Below are positions 17,705 through 27,043 of a stretch of 31,490 nt of DNA, one piece after another. A model generated the notes under the pieces. The model had not been told where the DNA came from. It was given only the letters and a program-made list of their open reading frames with translations, and did no database searches. Position numbers and translations under genes: made by a program. Within the stretch, counting starts at the first letter, position 1. Every line of letters starts with the position of its first letter. This DNA is from a virus. Location of the stretch: positions 46,415 to 77,904 of the IMG/VR virus record IMGVR_UViG_3300035663_000007, one strand, 5' to 3'.

Positions 17705-18457
17705 TTAAACTGTTACAACTAATGGAGATCCATTAAAGGTTACGGTAACGATACCGCAATATTTAAAGTCAATATTCCCCATAATGATTCCTTTGGAAGA
17801 TGACTCAATCGGATCAGAGGTAATATTAGCAATTCCTGAATAAATAAACCCAGAAGTATAGGCGGTGTCACCAGGGCAAGTTGGGGTCGGGTAAGCTACT
17901 TTTAAAAATACTTTTCCAGGTGCGCCGACTTGATATTGCAGCCTTGCTTTTTTGACGTTCATATAACCTGCATCAAGGTTCATAAACATCCCCGTTGTGG
18001 TGATGGTTTGACCTAATGAAGTTTTAGCATAGTCTCTCCATCCGTCGTTATCAAAGTTTTCCAGTTCGGTTTCGTCATCTTCAGAACTATTGTTGACCGT
18101 TGACCGCCCGCCCAATTTAGTCGGCCATACCGCAGTTGACGCGGCTGTGATGTTTTTGGGTAATGCTTTGACCGTGATCGATGTAGCACCCGCCGTGATA
18201 TTTCCATTAACCTCTACCAAGGTTTCTTCACCTGTAACTGAGTCTTTAAACAGCAGGAAAGGGGAAGTTACTTCGGGACGGGTTAGAAATGTTGCAGCCG
18301 TGATGGGAATTGAGGTATCCCCCGCATCCGCTCCCCCTGTTGCTACAGTGAAAGTGCCAGATTGAGGTGCAATCAAAGAACAAGGTACGGGTGCAACCCA
18401 GATCCGTGTACCTTCACCTTGAGTTCCTGCTAAGTAAAACGGTTTATTTGTTGACAT
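17705..18457 (-). CDS. Major tail (tube) protein with an inserted beta domain
   Basis: GEGTRIWV N-terminus, ENFDNDGWRDY, YSGIANITS...G pattern of siphoviral tube proteins; T/A/G-rich insertion; AGGAG RBS. Confidence 0.75.
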   Translation of the reverse strand: MSTNKPFYLAGTQGEGTRIWVAPVPCSLIAPQSGTFTVATGGADAGDTSIPITAATFLTRPEVTSPFLLFKDSVTGEETLVEVNGNITAGATSITVKALPKNITAASTAVWPTKLGGRSTVNNSSEDDETELENFDNDGWRDYAKTSLGQTITTTGMFMNLDAGYMNVKKARLQYQVGAPGKVFLKVAYPTPTCPGDTAYTSGFIYSGIANITSDPIESSSKGIIMGNIDFKYCGIVTVTFNGSPLVVTV

Positions 18458-18476
18458 TTTGTTCTCCTATTATTGA

Positions 18477-18905
18477 TTAAGGTGTGGGAGTTGGAACGGT
18501 TAATGTGTAGTCTTCGGTAATTTTGAATCTACCTTTAACCGTCCGAACGATTGGGGGTGTTCCGGTTGTTGTTGCCTGAACATCAAAAACAAATTGTTGC
18601 CCAGGTTCTAAACCTTCCGAGTCTTCGGGGTCTGCAATAATTACAGTTACCTTTTTCACGAAGTTATTAACATCAACAATTGTCACCCCTGCGGTGATGG
18701 TTTTTGATGCGATAACAACATTTTGAGGAACAAGTTTAAGAGTTCCTTTAACCACTAATCCGGTTAAACTTCCCCCGGTTATAGTTCCCTTTAAAATCAC
18801 GGTATCTTGTCTAGGGAACTCAGGATTAACGTTGTCATTAACACCCTGACCAGTTCTTTCAAACTTGAAACTCATATCAAGCAAAGATTCAACCATCGCA
18901 ATCAA
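18477..18905 (-). CDS. Virion structural protein, beta-sandwich (BppU N-terminal-like)
   Basis: FVFDVQAT...VRTVKGRFKITEDYT C-terminal pattern. Confidence 0.5.
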   Translation of the reverse strand: MIAMVESLLDMSFKFERTGQGVNDNVNPEFPRQDTVILKGTITGGSLTGLVVKGTLKLVPQNVVIASKTITAGVTIVDVNNFVKKVTVIIADPEDSEGLEPGQQFVFDVQATTTGTPPIVRTVKGRFKITEDYTLTVPTPTP

Positions 18906-19554
18906 ACCTCAAATAACCACAAATGGGTTGATATTTTCGGGTTGATTTGTTGCCAACTCTAAAGGAATATTTGCACTCATCCCCTGGAATATTTTGGGTT
19001 TCGTGAGGGAGAATGAACACAGTCCCAATGATTTGTTCCTCTCCATTGGCTAAAATTGTGGTGTCATCCTCAGAAATCCCACCGGGCATTAGTTCAACTT
19101 TTTTACTAATAACGGGTGTATTTCCTAGTGTTAAAATCTCAAATTCTGCAAAGAGATAACCTAGACGATATCCTGTCAAGATATAAGTCAGATTGAAACT
19201 AGCACCTTTCTTGATTGTTGAGGATTCAATAGGGACTAAATCATCAACAAATAACTCAACTTTTGGAGCCGGAACAGATGGAGAAAACACCCAAGGGACT
19301 ACGGTGGTTTCCGTTTCTGGGTTAATCTCAGCAATTCCGTGGCGGTGTCTCTCATATTTGTTAATAGTTATTTTTAACAAACTAAAAGCCGTTGTTATCA
19401 AAGGGGAACGATCACGCCCTGTAGTTGCGGATGCTGTTTGGGTGACTGCATCCATTCGGATTAAGGCACCGCGCTCCCTTACCAAATCCAGAGCCGCGAC
19501 TTCTGCGGTTTGACTAACCACCGGAATTGTTGCCGAACCTAAAATTAGTGGCAT
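18889..19554 (-). CDS. Putative virion structural protein
   Basis: GGAGG RBS; coupled within the structural operon; beta-rich C-terminal half. Confidence 0.55.
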   Translation of the reverse strand: MPLILGSATIPVVSQTAEVAALDLVRERGALIRMDAVTQTASATTGRDRSPLITTAFSLLKITINKYERHRHGIAEINPETETTVVPWVFSPSVPAPKVELFVDDLVPIESSTIKKGASFNLTYILTGYRLGYLFAEFEILTLGNTPVISKKVELMPGGISEDDTTILANGEEQIIGTVFILPHETQNIPGDECKYSFRVGNKSTRKYQPICGYLRFDCDG

Positions 19555-19563
19555 AATTCCCTC

Positions 19564-20361
19564 CTAAATTAAGGTATGGGTAATCTCACCCGCTAGGAAT
19601 TTGAATTGATCATTGAGATCAATAGCCTTGGCAACATCCAAAGCACCCCCTGCGAGAAATTGACCGCCCGTTTGAGAATCATGCCAACCGAAATGGGTCT
19701 GAGTTCCTTGATTAGCTGTTGCCAGAGGAAACAAGATGTCCGAGCTTAGGAGTTTTTCACCCCCTGACCACGGCGAAAAGTTCACTGCGCTATTGGCTAC
19801 AGCTTGACGCGTATAACCCCCTACCGTGGGTTCAGTTCCCCCTGCGGTTGCTGTTGGTGCTGTCAGGTAGTGGGCTGCGTAAATAGTCGGGAACACGGGG
19901 ATCGGACTGATGTTATAGCAGTCATTCAAGATTAAATTCTTGAGATAATTGCTATACAGTCCAGAGATAAAGGTATGATTCAATCCCCCTGCGAGTACGA
20001 TTAGGCGATCGCGTACCATTATTGTCTCAACGTCTTCGGCGTGCCAAAAGACGTAACAGTTCCCCGCTACAGACGAATCGAACAAACCGAATCCGACAAT
20101 TTGACCCCAATTAGCGGTGGCACGGGGGTAGGTAATATCAAGTAACTGGGTAATTGTTCCCGTTGTTGAGTCGCTAAAATAAGTGCCATTCAGTGCTACT
20201 CGGTTATATCCCCCGCCCGCAGGTTCAGACCCAGGGCCGTTAACCGATGGGGTAGTGATAAACGCTGCCAAATAGGGAGAATGTGAACTTTTAGAGTTGC
20301 CTCCAAAAATGTGATCGAGATATTTCTGAGCAGCGAGATTGGTAAAAGATCCTGTAGCCAT
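19564..20361 (-). CDS. Virion/tail-fibre-associated protein with an internally duplicated domain
   Basis: Two ~130-aa homologous halves: EPAGGGYNRVA...ITYPRATANWG...FGLFDS..AGN and EPTVGGYTRQA...ILFPLATANQG...FGWHDS..GGQ. Confidence 0.7.
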   Translation of the reverse strand: MATGSFTNLAAQKYLDHIFGGNSKSSHSPYLAAFITTPSVNGPGSEPAGGGYNRVALNGTYFSDSTTGTITQLLDITYPRATANWGQIVGFGLFDSSVAGNCYVFWHAEDVETIMVRDRLIVLAGGLNHTFISGLYSNYLKNLILNDCYNISPIPVFPTIYAAHYLTAPTATAGGTEPTVGGYTRQAVANSAVNFSPWSGGEKLLSSDILFPLATANQGTQTHFGWHDSQTGGQFLAGGALDVAKAIDLNDQFKFLAGEITHTLI

Positions 20362-20698
20362 TATTATCTTCTCCTATTGAGAAGGGATTGAATTGAGAGA
20401 TTGATTTGTAGCCGATTGTTTTGGCTAATTCTCGTCTGAGTTTTTCCAAGTGATAACCGATGTCACACCTGCGATGTTCTTTCCATTCAATGACATCTAC
20501 TCGGGTTAATCCTGTAGCCGCTTCGTCTGATTTATCCTCAAAATCTTTGATTCTAAGAATTAGCTTTTGGGTTTGTTGAACCCAAGCCTCAGAGCGAGTT
20601 TCTAAGGTTTCTAGTAGAGTCATTACAGGCGTTTCTTCGGAAATGTCAACTCGTAAAATTCTCAAAACTTCCCATTTTTCCTCTAAAGTAAAGGGCAT
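20291..20698 (-). CDS. Putative head-tail adaptor protein
   Basis: Helical 135-aa ORF just downstream of the capsid gene; overlaps the next gene by 71 bp. Confidence 0.45.
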   Translation of the reverse strand: MPFTLEEKWEVLRILRVDISEETPVMTLLETLETRSEAWVQQTQKLILRIKDFEDKSDEAATGLTRVDVIEWKEHRRCDIGYHLEKLRRELAKTIGYKSISQFNPFSIGEDNNGYRIFYQSRCSEISRSHFWRQL

Positions 20699-20707
20699 TT
20701 AATCCCC

Positions 20708-20947
20708 CTATTTGACCGGACAATCAGATGGTTTTGGGGTGACAGGACAAATATACTTTCCCGAATCATCCGTCAGTCTTTTTGACCCACAAACGGGACA
20801 GGAATAGCCAGCGTATTTTGGATAAATAGGCTTAATGCCCTGGACTTTTTCTTGTTTTTTAGTCTCCGGTTTTGGCTCCGCTTTGGGTTGAGTTGGTACC
20901 GGATCTAAAATTGTTTCCTTGATGGGTTCTTTCTCTGAACTTGCCAT
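20708..20947 (-). CDS. Small P/K/E-rich protein with a C-terminal zinc ribbon
   Basis: GGAG RBS; CPVC...ICP...DC. Confidence 0.65.
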   Translation of the reverse strand: MASSEKEPIKETILDPVPTQPKAEPKPETKKQEKVQGIKPIYPKYAGYSCPVCGSKRLTDDSGKYICPVTPKPSDCPVK

Positions 20948-20959
20948 TTATTTATGCTC

Positions 20960-22837
20960 CTAAATAGCAACGTCAAGAGTCCGAACTTCAACAACTCTTA
21001 ATTGTTGATCGTTAGACATTGGGGGATTAGAAGCCGGATCTACATCCAAAGCAGCCGCGCATTCATACGAGTTCCAGATGAATCGGTTAATCCGTCCAAA
21101 ACCGTCCTCTTTGGCTCGTTTAATGGTGAACGGCATGGCGATTGAACGCCCGATGGTGTCACGCCCTGCGACAAAGGATGACCGAGTGGTTTTAGCACCT
21201 GCTCCGGTAGTCTCGGATTGCACACCCTCAGTACCTACAATTCCTGCACCAAAAGCGTTTGACACAAAGATGTGGAAGTTGGCAACGCTGAACTGATATC
21301 CGTCTGTTCTTCCCAAATCATTCATCGTGGTCTGTTTCAGAAGCGACGTTAAATCATTCATCGCCACGCGGGAGGTGTACCGACTATTCTCTTGTAGGGA
21401 ATTGGTCAGTGCCGCAGCCGAGAATGGGTTAGTCACTAGAATATAATGCCCATCATCAAGCGGGGGAATTTGGAGACTCCCATAGCAGTAAGCATAGAGG
21501 TTGGTCAAGAAAGTGAGATTAAGTAATCCACTGTCACCCACGTTCACGTTGCCTACGGTCGTTGTCACAACACCGTTATCGTTATAAACAATCCGAGTAG
21601 TACCACCCCATAGCTCACGAATCAGTAAGTCTTCAAACTGATTGTAGTTATAGCCAAGATTTCTCTCAATGAATGGCATCAAATCCATCAAGGAAGTCCG
21701 CATATAGAACTCAGCAACGGTGAGGGGTGGCATGGTAGCATCCTTGCCTAGACCATACTCCTCTAAAATCGCTTTGACGTGACCCGCCTCAATAGCTTGA
21801 TTCGTGGCAGTGATATCTACTAAAGGATCTAACTTCCAAGCATTAGTAGAAGTTGCCGAAGCAGAATATCTAACTCGGGGGATTTGAATCGTGTCTCCGA
21901 CGTTATATCCCAAGGAAATATTGCGATTTGCAAATTGCCAGAAGATAAAAGCAGGAGAGTGGTTGACGCGAGTCAGCGCGCTTAAAGTTTCCAGGAAAAA
22001 CGGTGAAATAGTTGTAGGGCTGGTATTATCTGAATTTCGCCCTTGCAACAAACCGCCACGCTTCATTTGTTGATCCAATCCATCAATAATAGAATCTCTA
22101 TTTTGACGAACAAATCTATCCAAATTTCCTGTATCTTTAAACTCTACAATCTCACCCGACAAGGGATTAACAGCAGTAGACAGAGGACAATCAGCTTTAC
22201 TTTCCAGGATACGCTTAACTTCTCTATAGGCATCAAGCCCTGAGATTGAGCGAGTCCGACCTTCTACTTGCAGATAAGGTGAGGGTTTATAATCTGACTG
22301 AATTTGTTGAACGTTTTGATCTACAACGTTTAAATCAAAGCCTGTATCAGCAAAAATCCGAGTCCAATCTGCTGTTTTTTTGCGCTCCTCTTTAATACTT
22401 TCTTGATGTCTTTTTTCAGCTTCAATCAACTGATCTTTAACTTGTTCAGCTTCTTCTTTGGCTTTTTTAAGTTCATCAAGAGCTTGCTGAATAATCACAG
22501 AATCCTTGTCAGCTTGCGCTTTTTCTTTCTGCTGAATCAAGGATCTTAGTGCCACCATATCAAGTTCAACAGTTTTTCCGTCTTCCCCAACTTCAATCAC
22601 AGGATCTTTTTGGGGTTGAATAACGGGAACATCTACTGGACTTTCAGCATTATCTTTTCCGACAATTAAACTCGGTTTTTCCATAGTTGGATTTTCAATT
22701 GGAAGGTCTTCTGGCTTGGGAGCTTGATCGGTCTTGCGTTTTTGCTTTGCAGCATTTAAACGTTTGATTGCATCCGTTTCCACTCCCGACTCACTATCAG
22801 AAAACGTATCCTTTAATATATTTAAGGCACGCTTCAT
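20960..22837 (-). CDS. Major capsid protein with long N-terminal scaffold-like extension
   Basis: C-terminal ~360 aa show HK97-fold-like cues (GDTIQIPR, EYG, NQFED, LVTNP); N-terminal acidic/coiled-coil region; lies downstream of the protease gene. Confidence 0.75.
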   Translation of the reverse strand: MKRALNILKDTFSDSESGVETDAIKRLNAAKQKRKTDQAPKPEDLPIENPTMEKPSLIVGKDNAESPVDVPVIQPQKDPVIEVGEDGKTVELDMVALRSLIQQKEKAQADKDSVIIQQALDELKKAKEEAEQVKDQLIEAEKRHQESIKEERKKTADWTRIFADTGFDLNVVDQNVQQIQSDYKPSPYLQVEGRTRSISGLDAYREVKRILESKADCPLSTAVNPLSGEIVEFKDTGNLDRFVRQNRDSIIDGLDQQMKRGGLLQGRNSDNTSPTTISPFFLETLSALTRVNHSPAFIFWQFANRNISLGYNVGDTIQIPRVRYSASATSTNAWKLDPLVDITATNQAIEAGHVKAILEEYGLGKDATMPPLTVAEFYMRTSLMDLMPFIERNLGYNYNQFEDLLIRELWGGTTRIVYNDNGVVTTTVGNVNVGDSGLLNLTFLTNLYAYCYGSLQIPPLDDGHYILVTNPFSAAALTNSLQENSRYTSRVAMNDLTSLLKQTTMNDLGRTDGYQFSVANFHIFVSNAFGAGIVGTEGVQSETTGAGAKTTRSSFVAGRDTIGRSIAMPFTIKRAKEDGFGRINRFIWNSYECAAALDVDPASNPPMSNDQQLRVVEVRTLDVAI

Positions 22838-22933
22838 TTTAAGATTGGTAGGTATGCAATTCTGAGTTTATCCCAAGCGTTTAAGCGAAGTGATACAATT
22901 TATTCAGAAGTGATATAGATTGAGGGGGTAGGT

Positions 22934-23185
22934 ATGCAAACGAAGCCCAAAAGCCACAATATTCCTAGTGGCTCCGAGGATAATATAAACGAATTTAGCT
23001 TAGGAGAATTGATATTAATTGCCAGAAACCGAGCCAACTTATCCCAGGAAACGCTAGGGAAAAGGGCAGATATTGCCCGATTGAGTATTCATAGATATGA
23101 GCATGACCTGTCAGTCCCATCTTGTGATCGGCTTGAGAGGATAGCCAAGGTTGTCAATCATCCGATTAATTGGTTCTATCAATAA
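22934..23185 (+). CDS. XRE/Cro-C1 family HTH regulator
   Basis: ARNRANLSQETLGKRADIARLSIHRYEHDLSVPSCDRLERIAKV is a canonical HTH_3 pattern. Confidence 0.9.
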   Translation: MQTKPKSHNIPSGSEDNINEFSLGELILIARNRANLSQETLGKRADIARLSIHRYEHDLSVPSCDRLERIAKVVNHPINWFYQ

Positions 23186-23199
23186 ATTGATTGGTTCTA

Positions 23200-23877
23200 T
23201 CAATGATCATAATTTTCTGGTAGCTCAACCTTAGCACCTGGTAGATTTGGGATTAGAACTAGACTAACTTCTCCCAAATCTTTAGAGCCTTTCCTGATAT
23301 AAAATGGGGCTGTTATTTCGGTATCTGGTTCTACTAGGGATGGGATAAGATGGGGACAAGCTGCGTCATAAAATGAGCAGTCGCACAACGGACACCATAG
23401 ATCCTCTATTGTGAAATGTCCTAAAGACACATAACAAATAGTTCCCATCCAAAGGGATTCTAAGATAGGAGAATCAACAGAAACGAACGCTTTTAACTCT
23501 AATTTTGCATAACCTTCATCGGCAACAATCCATCGGTTTAAATCAAAATTCCCCGCTTTTGTCAGTTCCTCAAACGGGGTTTCTTCCTCTGATTCAAACT
23601 CAGCAGAAAATACCCGTCCCTGAACTTTGCTGATATTTTCCCAGTCGTGATCTAGGGTTAGAGTGATTCCAGGTGCTAACATCGCTAGACTTCTCAGGGA
23701 ATCCAAAGACCACTTACCCCGACTCCTGTTCATCAAATTGTCAGCAGCCATAATTTCTACAACAACAATCTGATGGGGTTCAGCATTAGAGAATTGCTTA
23801 ATCTTCTCCATTTCTTCAGGTGTGGGATGGGGAAAGCCAATTCTGGGATTTGCTTGAATATTTGATGTTGCAAACAT
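23200..23877 (-). CDS. Putative prohead (capsid maturation) protease with Cys-rich insertion
   Basis: DHDW...GRVF, VSLG (candidate catalytic His/Ser), CPLC...CPH insertion, EVSLVLIPNLPGAK; upstream of the capsid gene. Confidence 0.7.
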   Translation of the reverse strand: MFATSNIQANPRIGFPHPTPEEMEKIKQFSNAEPHQIVVVEIMAADNLMNRSRGKWSLDSLRSLAMLAPGITLTLDHDWENISKVQGRVFSAEFESEEETPFEELTKAGNFDLNRWIVADEGYAKLELKAFVSVDSPILESLWMGTICYVSLGHFTIEDLWCPLCDCSFYDAACPHLIPSLVEPDTEITAPFYIRKGSKDLGEVSLVLIPNLPGAKVELPENYDH

Positions 23878-23948
23878 ATTTGTAGGGATTTCTAATACAA
23901 TAAGGTTAAATCAATTCTAGTTTAAAACAAACTACATAGGAGAAAGTC

Positions 23949-24149
23949 ATGGCTGTTCATGTTGATAAAAATAACCCCCAAGAAATTATCATTTCTTCTC
24001 GCGGGTCAAATGGTCGATTAGCTGAAGTCGGGGTGATAACTGTAACCTTTGCGGGCACTCCCGAAGTTGCCACCATTGCCATTGTACCCACATCGGGCGA
24101 GGCTGTACTTGGTGGCACAACCGCCGCCGTTACCCTAACTTTTGACTAA
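23949..24149 (+). CDS. Small T/V/A-rich protein, possibly structural
   Basis: AGGAG RBS; 66 aa with a beta-strand pattern; opposite strand to its neighbours. Confidence 0.6.
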   Translation: MAVHVDKNNPQEIIISSRGSNGRLAEVGVITVTFAGTPEVATIAIVPTSGEAVLGGTTAAVTLTFD

Positions 24150-24831
24150 AGTTGGCACAATCAAAAGTCCCAAACCGCTTGACAAAATCTCGCGGTTTTT
24201 CTTTGGCGAATTTCTTGGTGCAACCACAATTTGATCCGCATTCGCACCGCTCCGTAGGGTTGGGAAGTGTGTCTATAGGTTGCCACCCCATGCCTTCATA
24301 AGTTATGCAAGGTTGGCAAGATTCCTTTTTGGTTCTGACCCTACACTCCCAAGAATAACCCGCTTTCTTGTGTCCTTCAGTTCGGGCTTTTTCGTGTTGA
24401 CCTGATCCGGCGTTGCTATACATCTCTAATCGCCTAAAGAAATCAGCTTTGCTAACTCCGGTAGTTTGGATTTCCTTAGCAAATTCCCTCAAATATTTGT
24501 ATTCCTTTTTGAGTCGATTGCCAATTAATCCATAGTCCCGTTGATTCATAGAACCTTTACCACCGCGACCAAGTAGGTATGATTGAATATGCAAGTTTTT
24601 GAGTGCGATCGCGGTCATTTCTTCCCAAGTTGAGAGGGATATTTTACCATTGACCAATAATTCCCCGATGGTCTTAATATCCCCCTGTGTCGCCTCAATG
24701 TTGCGCTGCATCATGAACTTAATGGCAGTGGCGGGTACGAATTGACCCCGCCCCGCTCCTTGTTTGTAATGGTAGCGTTGAGTTTTAGGATTGAATAAGT
24801 AATCCATTTTCCCGTGCCTTTTCAGTTTCAA
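24130..24831 (-). CDS. Head morphogenesis / minor capsid protein (MuF/gp7-like)
   Basis: C-terminal ESCQPC...LPNP...CECGSNCGC pattern. The true start may be the Met at 24807. Confidence 0.65.
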   Translation of the reverse strand: MKLKRHGKMDYLFNPKTQRYHYKQGAGRGQFVPATAIKFMMQRNIEATQGDIKTIGELLVNGKISLSTWEEMTAIALKNLHIQSYLLGRGGKGSMNQRDYGLIGNRLKKEYKYLREFAKEIQTTGVSKADFFRRLEMYSNAGSGQHEKARTEGHKKAGYSWECRVRTKKESCQPCITYEGMGWQPIDTLPNPTERCECGSNCGCTKKFAKEKPRDFVKRFGTFDCANFSQKLG

Positions 24832-25006
24832 TCATTCTTGTAGATGCCAAATCTTTTTCATATTTCAACTTAACTTTTACTAAATTATCAAGCTGATCAG
24901 GTGTCAATTTAACCTCCCCACCATAATCATCATTTATAATCCATAAATCCCCAAGTTTAGCAAGGGTTGGACAACATCTGTTTGAGCATAGTTCAATTCT
25001 TTCCAT
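24785..25006 (-). CDS. Small hypothetical protein
   Basis: 73 aa, CSNRCCP motif, coupled to its neighbours. Confidence 0.6.
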   Translation of the reverse strand: MERIELCSNRCCPTLAKLGDLWIINDDYGGEVKLTPDQLDNLVKVKLKYEKDLASTRMIETEKARENGLLIQS

Positions 25007-25380
25007 TATTTAGATCCTAAGTTAAATATTTCAATTGGGGTTTTGTAGTCGGGAATCTCCAAAGTTTTAGGAGTCTTAAAATCTCCCTCTAACTCCTCTA
25101 TCTGGGATTCAATTATATTCTCAATCGACACCGAAACATAAGCATTAAATAAACCCGCAAGAATCCCTGTAACGGGACTAAATGGCATTCCCAGAACAAA
25201 ATAAACTAGCACGGAACTCTCAAATGTCTGGCAGTATGGACAATTAAACAACTCCCTAAAAAGTTGGTGTTTCTGTTTAAGTGATTCCCTAATCCTATCA
25301 AGCAATTTGTACTTAAACAAAAACCATCTTAAACCAAGAGACAATAACAGGAAAACTAAAACACTTTCAAAATTAGGCAT
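25006..25380 (-). CDS. Membrane protein, DUF1360-like
   Basis: Two or three hydrophobic segments flanking ELFNCPYC. Confidence 0.6.
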   Translation of the reverse strand: MPNFESVLVFLLLSLGLRWFLFKYKLLDRIRESLKQKHQLFRELFNCPYCQTFESSVLVYFVLGMPFSPVTGILAGLFNAYVSVSIENIIESQIEELEGDFKTPKTLEIPDYKTPIEIFNLGSK

Positions 25381-25382
25381 AA

Positions 25383-25943
25383 TTAATCTTCTGAGATTTC
25401 TTGAGTTTGTTCTTTTTCAAGGTTTTCAAAGTATTCGATTAATACCTTGTTTTGATAGAGTTGATCATCTACCATTGCCAGAGTTTTCAAAACTTCCATC
25501 CCATTTCGAGAGTGAACTTGTGCTCCTGACTTGGTGGCTTTAGAACAAGCCTTTAGGGAGTCTCTTTCACTGCTGACTGCTTCTTTATAGGCATTGTTGG
25601 AAAGGGTGAGGGAATATGCTCCGTTAGTCTCTAGGGCTTTCCTGAACGCTTGCCATGTTTTTTGTTTTTCCTCTAAATCCTGTTGATAAGCCATTCTGTC
25701 CTTTTCTATTGTTGCCTTAATTATTTCTGCCCGTTCGGCTAGGAGTTCGTGTCTGATTTGCTCCCAAATAGGTAGTTTTTTCCATCGCCTTAAATTTGTT
25801 TCTGAGATGTTAAGCCGCCTACCAATCTCTCGGTTATTCAGGTAAGGGTTCTCAATAACCTCCCTGACCGCTTCCCTGATCCTTTCAATGTTTGGTACTG
25901 AAGCAATAGTTTTATTTAGCGCATGGTGACGCAATAACAACAC
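25383..25943 (-). CDS. HTH protein, probable terminase small subunit
   Basis: NNREIGRRLNISETNLRRWKK HTH followed by coiled coil; first gene of the head module; start codon uncertain. Confidence 0.55.
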   Translation of the reverse strand: MLLLRHHALNKTIASVPNIERIREAVREVIENPYLNNREIGRRLNISETNLRRWKKLPIWEQIRHELLAERAEIIKATIEKDRMAYQQDLEEKQKTWQAFRKALETNGAYSLTLSNNAYKEAVSSERDSLKACSKATKSGAQVHSRNGMEVLKTLAMVDDQLYQNKVLIEYFENLEKEQTQEISED

Positions 25944-25985
25944 TTTAAAGTTAACATGGTTAAAAGTCTTATTGCAAACTAATTT

Positions 25986-26633
25986 ATGAGTAAATTAATA
26001 GTTGAGGATGTGAAAGCCCCGTGTCTAACTTTTCCAATTCATGAAACCTTCCAGCAAAGCATTCAAGGTGAGGGTTTTTGGTCTGGGACTCCGTGCGATT
26101 TTATCCGGTTGTACGGGTGTCCGGTGGGATGCTGGTTTTGTGACACTGGATATAGCTCTAAAGAAACAGGTAAACCACCAACAAAAACTTTTAAAACCAT
26201 TGAGGATTTAATCGGGGAATTAAGATCCGAGCATATTGTGATTTCCGGCGGCGAACCTTTCATCCATAAAGAGTTACCTGAGTTGGTCGAGACTCTCAAT
26301 GGTGCTGATAAATTTGTTGCGATTGAGACATCAGGGAGCTTCTTTCAACCCGTTAATGATGCCTGGATAACCCTTTCCCCAAAGGAGCATCTGAACAATC
26401 GTTACCCCGTTTTAAATGAGTTATGGGGTATGGCTAATGAAATTAAGATCGTAATCTCAAAAGGTGACGAAGTTGATTTTTATAGGAGCAAATTAGAGGA
26501 TCTGAATATCCCTATCTATTTGCAGCCCGAGTGGAACTACAAAAAGGGAACTTTACCATTAACATTAGAATTAGTTAAAGAACACGGATATAGGTTGTCA
26601 TTACAAACTCACAAAATCATAGGGGTTCAATAA
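25986..26633 (+). CDS. queE: 7-carboxy-7-deazaguanine synthase (radical SAM)
   Basis: SIQGEG, FIRLYGCPVGCWFCDT (CxxxCxxC), ISGGEP, IETSG, LQP, LSLQTHK. Confidence 0.97.
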   Translation: MSKLIVEDVKAPCLTFPIHETFQQSIQGEGFWSGTPCDFIRLYGCPVGCWFCDTGYSSKETGKPPTKTFKTIEDLIGELRSEHIVISGGEPFIHKELPELVETLNGADKFVAIETSGSFFQPVNDAWITLSPKEHLNNRYPVLNELWGMANEIKIVISKGDEVDFYRSKLEDLNIPIYLQPEWNYKKGTLPLTLELVKEHGYRLSLQTHKIIGVQ

Positions 26634-27043
26634 TGTGGACATTAGTTAAGAAGTTTACCTTTGAAGCCGCGCACAAACTTTCTAACCATCAAGGGAAATG
26701 CTCAAGGTTACATGGTCATAGTTGGGTGGGATTTGTTTATGTGTCAGGTAATGAGCTAAAGCAGTCAGGAAGTGAAACCGGAATGGTGATAGACTATGGG
26801 GAGATAAAAGGAATTATTAATCCCTTGGTTGATGATTATTTGGATCACTATTATCTGAATGAATCAACAGGATTAGAAAACCCTACCAGTGAAGAAATTG
26901 CCAGATGGATTTATGACAAAATCAAAACAAAACTCCCAGGACTTGTCGCAGTTAGGGTTGATGAAACCTGTACAAGCCAATGCTTCTACTCTGAACTTAG
27001 CGATCTCTCAAGTAGAATCAGCAATGGTGTTGTTATGGGGTGA
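26633..27043 (+). CDS. queD: 6-carboxy-5,6,7,8-tetrahydropterin synthase
   Basis: FEAAHKL, CSRLHGHSW, GMVIDY, LDHYYLN, NPTSEEIA, VDET. Confidence 0.97.
   Translation: MWTLVKKFTFEAAHKLSNHQGKCSRLHGHSWVGFVYVSGNELKQSGSETGMVIDYGEIKGIINPLVDDYLDHYYLNESTGLENPTSEEIARWIYDKIKTKLPGLVAVRVDETCTSQCFYSELSDLSSRISNGVVMG

Noticed and set aside
16434-22243. Short alternative-frame or antisense ORFs within the structural genes
   Set aside because: Fully overlap better-supported genes and show no recognisable motifs.
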